From the IMG/VR virus record IMGVR_UViG_3300020460_000012: 64,000 nucleotides of DNA. One strand, written 5' to 3'. The translations under genes were made by a program, and so were the position numbers. Shown one piece after another: positions 57,595 through 64,000 of the stretch (positions within the stretch are counted from its first letter, which is position 1; each line of letters begins with the position of its first letter). Source of the stretch: a virus. Lineage: Duplodnaviria > Caudoviricetes. Below the pieces are notes generated by a model. The model was not told where the DNA came from and ran no database searches. It saw only the letters and a program-made list of their open reading frames with translations.

Positions 57595-59064
57595 TTAGCC
57601 TAGTATTATAGTATATTGTAAAGAAAGTTCATTCATATACTCTTCTGATACAGTACCGCCTTGTCCTGCAGATAAAACATATTGTACACCATCCCAGCTT
57701 TCTAATGTACTAGTATCTGTATTCCATCGTGTGTCTCCTATAGCAGGATTTGGAATTCTGTTTGCAGTTGTACCGTATGGTATCACCATACCTCCAGTAC
57801 CACCTGATTTGAAGTAGCCTTGTCCAGTAGGTATAAATTCTAAAGCGCCATTGGTTGTATTGGTAATATTTCCTTGCTCAAATTTTATACTGTCTATTAC
57901 AACACTTCCTGTTCCGTTAGGAGTAAAATTTAAATTTGTGTTACCACTATCTGTTGTAATAGTATTAGCATTTGCACTTACACTATCTACTAGCAAGCCT
58001 GTCAAATTAATACCTTGAGAATCTATAGAGCCAGATGCAATGTTATTTGCCCTAAATAAAATTGTATCGTTTGTCGGGTGAGCAGTAACATTTGTAGCCG
58101 CATCATCAGAATATACACCCCCAAAAGAAACATAACCTGTGGGAGCTCTACCTTCATACAATCCTGTATCTGTATTATATCTTAAACCTCCTGCATTAGT
58201 TGGTCTTTGAGCACTTGTGCCTGCAGGAAGGAGTACTGCTGTAGTAGAATTAAAAATAAGTTCTCCTGCTGTTACAACATCAATGTCTGTTGCACTAGAA
58301 GATATAGTGTCATTAAGCACATCAACTGAATCTAATCTAACTTTTCTGCTAGCGTCTGTATGATTTAAAGTTAAATTTCCATCAGTTTGATTTATTTTAA
58401 TTACATTTGTATCTATAGTTAAACTAGCTGATGATAATGAAGCAGAATTAAGTACATTAGTATGTGTTTGATTCCAATACTTTGTTGTAGAACCAAGCTC
58501 TGATACATCGTTGACATCTGGTAGTAAATGACTGTTGACATCACTTTGAAATGTAATAGAGTCATCATCACTATCACCTAAAGTTAAATCTCCTCCAAAT
58601 GTGATGTTTCCGGTAGAATGTAAATTGCCTGTAATATTCCAATCTGAATATATTTCAACAGATCCTGTGCCGCTAGGATCTAGTATTATATTTTCGTTCG
58701 ATTGGTTAGAACGTATACTGTTAAAATTAATAGTAAGATTGTCAGTTTGCAATCCTGCAAGAAAAATATTGTTAGTAGCATCTAAATTAATATCGCCACT
58801 ATTTTGATAAATTCTATTTGTGTCAATAGTAAAATTTTGTATATTTAAGTAATCAGCATTAACGCCAGTTGTTCTAATAGCACTTGGTACATCTAATGCA
58901 TATGTTGCCGCAGGTGATTCTGTATTAATACCTACTCTGCCGTTAACAACATCAAGATGAATTAATGCTGTAGAACCGCTTGTATTTTTAAAATTTAAAT
59001 TTGATCCGTCACGTAAAAGATTGTCTTTTAGTACTCCGCCACCGATTCTACCTAATTGAGACAC
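57595..59064 (-). CDS. Virion structural/fibre protein, paralog of 55991-57457 (GTG start)
   Basis: GRIGGGVLKDNLLR, same modules; TATAAATA and AGGAG upstream. Confidence 0.65.
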   Translation of the reverse strand: MSQLGRIGGGVLKDNLLRDGSNLNFKNTSGSTALIHLDVVNGRVGINTESPAATYALDVPSAIRTTGVNADYLNIQNFTIDTNRIYQNSGDINLDATNNIFLAGLQTDNLTINFNSIRSNQSNENIILDPSGTGSVEIYSDWNITGNLHSTGNITFGGDLTLGDSDDDSITFQSDVNSHLLPDVNDVSELGSTTKYWNQTHTNVLNSASLSSASLTIDTNVIKINQTDGNLTLNHTDASRKVRLDSVDVLNDTISSSATDIDVVTAGELIFNSTTAVLLPAGTSAQRPTNAGGLRYNTDTGLYEGRAPTGYVSFGGVYSDDAATNVTAHPTNDTILFRANNIASGSIDSQGINLTGLLVDSVSANANTITTDSGNTNLNFTPNGTGSVVIDSIKFEQGNITNTTNGALEFIPTGQGYFKSGGTGGMVIPYGTTANRIPNPAIGDTRWNTDTSTLESWDGVQYVLSAGQGGTVSEEYMNELSLQYTIILG

Positions 59065-59093
59065 GTATTTCTCCTATACTGTATTTATAGGAT

Positions 59094-59615
59094 CTACTTG
59101 TCGAAATTGTGTAGTACTGTTACTGGTTTACCTGCGGGTACTGGAGTACCAAATACTATATACCATCCTGCGGCATAAGGTGTATTTGGGCCTGAAGAAG
59201 GATTTTGTACTAAAGTGTAGTTAGTTGTTGCAACTTGCAAAACATTTTCAACAAGTACAAGCACACTTGCGGCACTTGCTGGTACAGGATAATCTGTATC
59301 TCCTGAATTAAGTACGCCAAATGTTGTTTCTGTGCCGTCTCCTGTGCCTAAGTTTTGTTGGACTATTCCAACTGGGTTGGGTTCGTTATATCTTAGATTC
59401 TTCCATGCACCATTTTCATAAACTTCAAACTCATTGTTGTCTGTGTTGTATCTTAATTGTCCGTTAGCAGATGAGCTTGGACGTTGTGCAGTAGTTCCTA
59501 TAGGAACCACTAACGCCGCTGTACCATCAATTACGCCTAGTCCAGCTGTGCTAAATTTAACACTTGCACCTTGTAGGTTTCTGGTATTCAGAGTTTGTTG
59601 CTTCAAAAAACGCAT
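59094..59615 (-). CDS. Virion structural protein
   Basis: VPIGTTAQRP...GQLRYNT module followed by GDGTETTF. Confidence 0.6.
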   Translation of the reverse strand: MRFLKQQTLNTRNLQGASVKFSTAGLGVIDGTAALVVPIGTTAQRPSSSANGQLRYNTDNNEFEVYENGAWKNLRYNEPNPVGIVQQNLGTGDGTETTFGVLNSGDTDYPVPASAASVLVLVENVLQVATTNYTLVQNPSSGPNTPYAAGWYIVFGTPVPAGKPVTVLHNFDK

Positions 59616-59616
59616 A

Positions 59617-59982
59617 TTAGACTTCCAAAAAGCTTACTGTAGCAGATAAAGTTGTTAAACCTGATCCTGCATCTGGGCTACCAATAAGAACAATTTTGTC
59701 TCCTTGATCTAAAACTATTTTTTCAGAATCAAATGTAAATGTTTCTTTTGCTGGTAGGTTCAAATCATGCAAAACTCTAGTTACTGCATTTGATAAAGCA
59801 GAACCTGACTTAACTAAATGCATATCTACAGTAGCGGCTGTAGTTGTACTATTATTACAAATTAAAATATTTGTAATTGCATAAGTTTTTCCAGTAGGTA
59901 CAGCACCTGCTGGCGATCCTACGCCTGTTGGATCTAATATCTCTGTATTTGTTGTTTTTACTTGTGCTGATATAATTGCCAT
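59617..59982 (-). CDS. Small beta-sandwich virion protein
   Basis: 121 aa, LNLPAKETFTFDSEKIVLDQGD. Confidence 0.6.
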   Translation of the reverse strand: MAIISAQVKTTNTEILDPTGVGSPAGAVPTGKTYAITNILICNNSTTTAATVDMHLVKSGSALSNAVTRVLHDLNLPAKETFTFDSEKIVLDQGDKIVLIGSPDAGSGLTTLSATVSFLEV

Positions 59983-59990
59983 GTCTTTTC

Positions 59991-60953
59991 CTAAAATAGC
60001 ATACTAAAAAGTATGCTTCTATTTTTACTTATCAGTTCGTCTCTAGTACCTTGTGCGTTAACGAAAAATACTCCGGACTTACCGTGCGATTGTGTCTGCA
60101 TATATAACATATTACCGTCTGCAGGTTGCGTTGGTACAGATACTGCTTGCCTTACATGCAAAGTATCATCGACTTGCACTACACCAGTACCTGGAGAACT
60201 TATTACTAAGTCAGTGTTACTTACTGTAGTTTCAAGGATAGAACCTACAATCCTAACTTCAGGAAGTTCTAATCTATCTTCAAACAGTCTTGTATTAATA
60301 TTGCCATCAATTGAAAAGTTTACAACACTAGGTTGGCCAGTTACGTCTGTATCTGCAATAGCTATAGCAGTTTGTGTTCCTACATTACCTTGACCAATTG
60401 TTGAAATATTAACAGTACCAAATGCATTAGTAATTGCATCATCTACATATTTTTTATTTGTAAGGTCGTCGTCATCTGTAACTTGTAATTCATAATTATT
60501 TGTACCTGTTACACTTACTGTACCTGTACCAGAATTAATTAAGTATAAATCTCCGCCGCCTGTATTAATATTATTTGTTCTTATACCTATTAGTGCATTA
60601 TTTGCATCTTTAAATACAAATCCGCCTGTCTTAGTGGTATCAGTTACAGGATCAGACCATGTTATATTTTCATTAAATGTAAACAACACATTAGTAAATG
60701 TGCCACGATCCATTTCTAAACCAGAATCATCAAGAGTTATTCCTGCTCCTGTTTCTCCTTTGTTTAACGTAATAATATTATCTTTAACATCTAAGTTTTG
60801 AGACGTGACAGTAGTAGAAGATCCTTGCACAGTTAAATTTCCTGTGACAATTACTTCTCCTACCTGATTACCTGTATCAAGAGTTATAGTCCCACTGTCT
60901 TGGACAGCAAGACTATAATTTCCTGTTGGTATACTTACATATTTCCCGGCCAT
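59991..60953 (-). CDS. Virion structural protein
   Basis: GNLTVQGSSTTV...KDNIITLN shaft motif; C-terminal ILFSMLF. Confidence 0.6.
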   Translation of the reverse strand: MAGKYVSIPTGNYSLAVQDSGTITLDTGNQVGEVIVTGNLTVQGSSTTVTSQNLDVKDNIITLNKGETGAGITLDDSGLEMDRGTFTNVLFTFNENITWSDPVTDTTKTGGFVFKDANNALIGIRTNNINTGGGDLYLINSGTGTVSVTGTNNYELQVTDDDDLTNKKYVDDAITNAFGTVNISTIGQGNVGTQTAIAIADTDVTGQPSVVNFSIDGNINTRLFEDRLELPEVRIVGSILETTVSNTDLVISSPGTGVVQVDDTLHVRQAVSVPTQPADGNMLYMQTQSHGKSGVFFVNAQGTRDELISKNRSILFSMLF

Positions 60954-60977
60954 TAATAATAATCCCTATTATTAATA

Positions 60978-61427
60978 CTATGCGTCTTCAGTGAAATCTG
61001 TATCGTCAGTACCTGCCTTAGTATCATCATCACCAGCTTCTTCAACTTGAACAGCACCGTCTGCTCCTGCAACCGTAAAGTTCCAAGAAATACTAGTACC
61101 GTCTAGTGCGTTTGAACCAGTAGCAGATGGTTGCTTTACAGTAACTTTTCTGCCTGCGATTTTTGATACACCATATGTTTCATCGTCATCACCTTTAACA
61201 GAAATAGTCATTTCTGTACCAGTTAATGCGGCTGGTAATTTACCAGTTACAAGTGTGCGATCATAGCTACCGCCGTCTTCTGTTGCACGTACTCTAAACT
61301 TCTTGCTACCAAGTTGTTTTACAATATGCCCTTCAACGACTGCTGATCCATCATGAAAGTTAACTTTTATTTCATTTCCGGAAGCTGTTGGCGTTCCAAA
61401 AAATCTTTTGTTTAGTGGTCTTCCCAT
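60978..61427 (-). CDS. Virion-associated protein
   Basis: MGRPLNKRFFG start; GATAAATA and AGGAG upstream. Confidence 0.6.
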   Translation of the reverse strand: MGRPLNKRFFGTPTASGNEIKVNFHDGSAVVEGHIVKQLGSKKFRVRATEDGGSYDRTLVTGKLPAALTGTEMTISVKGDDDETYGVSKIAGRKVTVKQPSATGSNALDGTSISWNFTVAGADGAVQVEEAGDDDTKAGTDDTDFTEDA

Positions 61428-61522
61428 TTGTTTTCTCCTTAATAAGTTGACGTTCTAGGTCTACGGGGTTGGATCCCCATAAGTCCTCATCTAGAGGCTC
61501 TCCTCTTGACATAGTATTTATC
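61428..61522 (-). promoter_or_regulatory. Late promoter plus structured 5' leader
   Basis: GATAAATA at 61515-61522; hairpins AGAGG-AGAG-CCTCT and TTATGGGG-ATCCAA-CCCCGTAG. Confidence 0.6.
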
Positions 61523-61530
61523 ATTAGATA

Positions 61531-61564
61531 CAAAAGAAAAAGGCCCGCTTGAGGCGAGCCTTTT
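61531..61564 (-). terminator. Intrinsic terminator of the ncRNA candidate
   Basis: Minus strand AAAAGGCTCGC-CTCAA-GCGGGCCTTTTTCTTTT; the U-G pair forms only on the minus strand. Confidence 0.85.
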
Positions 61565-61567
61565 AAG

Positions 61568-61785
61568 ATAAGCAAAGTAGGGAGGACTCGGTTATACCTC
61601 CAACCCCTCGACCGAGATGCCATTCTCAAATCCAGGGAACCTATTTCCGCTCGGTAGAGCGATGTGACTCAGCGTATTTCTACTACCAAGCCTGGGTACC
61701 ACCCCTAAACAGTCAAGTTCGACGCTCTGGTAAACGCCTCTTCCTTGCACTACAAACATTGACTAGCTAAGTCTTTGTTGCTTAT
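61568..61785 (-). ncRNA. Unassigned structured non-coding RNA candidate (218 nt)
   Basis: Own promoter and terminator, 8-bp terminal stem, multiple hairpins, about 48% G+C by hand count, no credible ORF. Confidence 0.7.
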
Positions 61786-61791
61786 GTTACT

Positions 61792-61819
61792 AATATAACA
61801 TCTTTATAATAAATGTCAA
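61792..61819 (-). promoter_or_regulatory. Sigma70-type promoter for the ncRNA candidate
   Basis: TTGACA-N16-TATATT with an extended -10 TG. Confidence 0.75.
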
Positions 61820-61840
61820 CCTCTTTTTTAAAAAAAAGTC

Positions 61841-61872
61841 AAAAAAATAGGTCCTATAAAAGGACCTATTTT
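61841..61872 (-). terminator. Intrinsic terminator of the major capsid gene
   Basis: 12-bp inverted repeat AAAATAGGTCCT-N5-AGGACCTATTTT plus a T run on the minus strand. Confidence 0.88.
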
Positions 61873-61897
61873 AATCTCGTATATTACGACAGTAATA

Positions 61898-63073
61898 TTA
61901 GCTAAAGCTAACGTTACCAGAAGTAATAGCTACTGCGCCGAGGTAATCAGCCGCGTTACCAAGAGACGAAGCAGTATTTGATAATTCAATATACCCGTAT
62001 CTTGTCATAAAGCTAACTGTTGGCTCAAATGTGGACGGATCCAACACAACGCCTGAGCTCATTAGCGGAATATATGGGCAATAGAATGCTGCCGCATCAG
62101 ACTCGCTTGCGCCTTTATAACCAACAAGTACGTTAGCATTGTCAGCCGCATATGTGTTTACATATACTTTCATAGCGTTGTTTAAAGTACCAACCATCTT
62201 AGTGTTAGTTGGAGCTTCGAATGAACCTTCAGTTGTTCTTGCGAACGCTGAAGTAGTTGCACTTTGTAGAATTGTAAGTGCAAATGGACTTACAACAGCC
62301 CAGTTACCTGCGCCTCTACGTGTACGCTGAGCGATTTGGTTTGACACTCTGTTGATTTGAACAGCTAATGCCGCATGCTCATCACCAACGAAAGTAGCAG
62401 TACCAGATACCGCCGCTTGGTCATATGTTTGACCAGCTGAACCTGCAAGAGTATTCAAGCTAGCAATAACCTCTTGGTCAATTTCAGCGGTAATTTCTTG
62501 TGCAAGAGCAGCCATAATTTCTGCTTCTACATCAATACCGTGCATTGACTGAGCGTCTTGAGCCGCTTCAAAAGTCCAGCGAGCTGATAGCTTTCTGGTT
62601 TTTGCTTCGACTGTTTGCTTCAAGATTTGGATTGATAGCTTGCTTCCACCAGCGCCTTCAAGCGTTGATGTATTATCAGCTTTGCCTGTTGTAGCATTAC
62701 CGGAATAAGCTTCCGCAATCTTGAATGGTGAAAGTGCTTCTTCACCTGCTGTAGCACCGGACGCACCTGAGCCTACAGTTTCTGCGTATCTTACACGCAA
62801 TGTGTGGATTTGACCCACTGGACCAGTCATCGGTTGAACACCAACAAGTTCGTTAGCAATAACGGTTGGCATTACACGTCTGATGACGGGTAAGATAACT
62901 CTGTTAAGAGTTGCGACATTACCGGCGGATGTTGTACCTGCAACAGCTGTCTCAGACAAATACTTGCGAGTATTTTCTAAGGTAGCACCCATTACAGCTT
63001 TCTTATTGCCTTGTAGGCCTTCCAAAAGTGCAGTTTTGGTATCCTGCCAGCGACTTTCTAATAGTTCTGACAT
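61898..63073 (-). CDS. gp23: Major capsid protein
   Basis: LPVIRRVMP, GVQPMTGPVGQIH, KTRKLSARWT, EITAEIDQE, AAFYCPYIPL, FMTRYG. Confidence 0.97.
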   Translation of the reverse strand: MSELLESRWQDTKTALLEGLQGNKKAVMGATLENTRKYLSETAVAGTTSAGNVATLNRVILPVIRRVMPTVIANELVGVQPMTGPVGQIHTLRVRYAETVGSGASGATAGEEALSPFKIAEAYSGNATTGKADNTSTLEGAGGSKLSIQILKQTVEAKTRKLSARWTFEAAQDAQSMHGIDVEAEIMAALAQEITAEIDQEVIASLNTLAGSAGQTYDQAAVSGTATFVGDEHAALAVQINRVSNQIAQRTRRGAGNWAVVSPFALTILQSATTSAFARTTEGSFEAPTNTKMVGTLNNAMKVYVNTYAADNANVLVGYKGASESDAAAFYCPYIPLMSSGVVLDPSTFEPTVSFMTRYGYIELSNTASSLGNAADYLGAVAITSGNVSFS

Positions 63074-63083
63074 AATTATCTCC

Positions 63084-63998
63084 TTAATTTAATCCAGCCA
63101 AACGTTTAATGTCAATAACATTGTTATTTACATCTGCTTGCTGTTGTGAACTAACGTTAGTTTCTTCTCTGTTGCCTGTGATTTCTGTGCCTTCTGTAAG
63201 TACTGCCTTCTTAGCTGGAGTATTACCGTCGATAACCGCTGGTAGATACTTATCAAACTGAGACTTTAGTCTATTAGTCTGAACTGATTCCAGTAAATCA
63301 ATCATAATTTCTTGTTGATCTTTAGCCAAAGGCTTAATCAACTCGTTAATTACTTCTTTTCTTTGCGTTGACTCAACAATCTTCTGTTTTTCAGTAGCTG
63401 TTGCTTCTGCAATTTCTTTCGCTTTCTTTGCAAACTCCTTAGCTTCTGCAAGTTGCTTATTTTTCATGTCTACAACTTTTAGAAGTTTTGCAGTTTCTGA
63501 TTTTTCGTTAAGGTAACTAGTACCATACTCAGATGCAAAGCTTTCGAAAATCTTACGACCGAAGTCGTTTTTACGTGCAGTGTCAATATCTTCTTTAAGC
63601 TGACTAATCTCTGACTTAAGAGCTTTTTCAACTGTTTCGGATACTGCTTTTGCACCTCTTTCGACAAAGTCAGCTTTGACTTTAGCGAAGTGTTTTTTAG
63701 CTTCACGTACTAAACGTACTTTTGTTTCAGCTAAATCTTTTTTGTCTTCTTGGAATTCGGATATTTCTTTAGCCAAGGCTTCTACAACAAATTCTTCTAA
63801 CTTAGCAATATTTTCTGCTTGTAGTTTTTTATCTGTATGTAGGTCTTTGATTTCAGTAGCTAATTGCTCAGCAACAAAACCTTTGAGTAAGTCTGCATTT
63901 TTACGCTGTGCTACAGCAAATTTTGCTTTTGCTTCAGCTAATTGCTTGCGATCTTCTGCAAACTCTGCAATCTCAGCTTGAAGACGCTCAGAAAGCAT
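63084..63998 (-). CDS. gp22: Prohead core scaffold protein (5'-partial)
   Basis: Coiled-coil E/K-rich protein immediately upstream of gp23; FGRKIFESFASE. Confidence 0.8.
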   Translation of the reverse strand: MLSERLQAEIAEFAEDRKQLAEAKAKFAVAQRKNADLLKGFVAEQLATEIKDLHTDKKLQAENIAKLEEFVVEALAKEISEFQEDKKDLAETKVRLVREAKKHFAKVKADFVERGAKAVSETVEKALKSEISQLKEDIDTARKNDFGRKIFESFASEYGTSYLNEKSETAKLLKVVDMKNKQLAEAKEFAKKAKEIAEATATEKQKIVESTQRKEVINELIKPLAKDQQEIMIDLLESVQTNRLKSQFDKYLPAVIDGNTPAKKAVLTEGTEITGNREETNVSSQQQADVNNNVIDIKRLAGLN

Positions 63999-64000
63999 GT

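Noticed and set aside
61372-61629. 85-aa minus-strand ORF
   Set aside because: Crosses an intrinsic terminator and a late promoter, has no RBS, and overlaps the 60978-61427 gene out of frame
61575-61650. Resemblance of ...GGUCGAGGGG...CCUCCCUAC to a group II intron 3' end
   Set aside because: No domain V hairpin with AGC/CGC triad, no GUGYG 5' end, no interrupted gene and no reverse transcriptase
1-64000. CRISPR array, tRNA genes, stop-codon reassignment
   Set aside because: No spaced direct repeats or cloverleafs in the short intergenic gaps; standard-code ORFs tile the window at full length

Overview
A 64 kb gene-dense, AT-rich segment of a large T4-like myovirus genome (Caudoviricetes, probably marine; host not identifiable). 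Most genes are on the minus strand. From right to left: prohead scaffold gp22 (partial), major capsid gp23, about 32 kb of baseplate/fibre/adhesin genes (29.2-61.4 kb) containing a carbamoyltransferase/SGNH-like/GT9-like trio, a plus-strand block (gp14, gp15, NUDIX, and an ADP-heptose operon hldE-hldD-gmhB with two 2OG-Fe(II) oxygenases and a cupin), gp13, dNMP kinase, an enlarged tail sheath, tail tube, gp4, probable gp16, gp17, gp32, uvsX, uvsY, and a glycosyl/methyltransferase cluster running off the left edge. Sigma70-type (TTGACA-N16/17-TAnnnT) and T4 late-type (NNTAAATA) promoters and intrinsic terminators are visible. Best leads: (1) a 218-nt, G+C-rich, base-paired non-coding RNA candidate right after the capsid gene, with its own promoter and terminator, which I cannot assign to a known family; (2) a phage-encoded heptose supply pathway plus a GT9-like transferase and tailoring enzymes placed among Ser/Thr-rich fibre and Cys-rich adhesin genes, suggesting virion heptosylation; (3) two structured 5' leaders sharing a motif; (4) repeated promoter geometry implying leaderless mRNAs. 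All calls come from reading motifs by eye; no database search or folding program was run.
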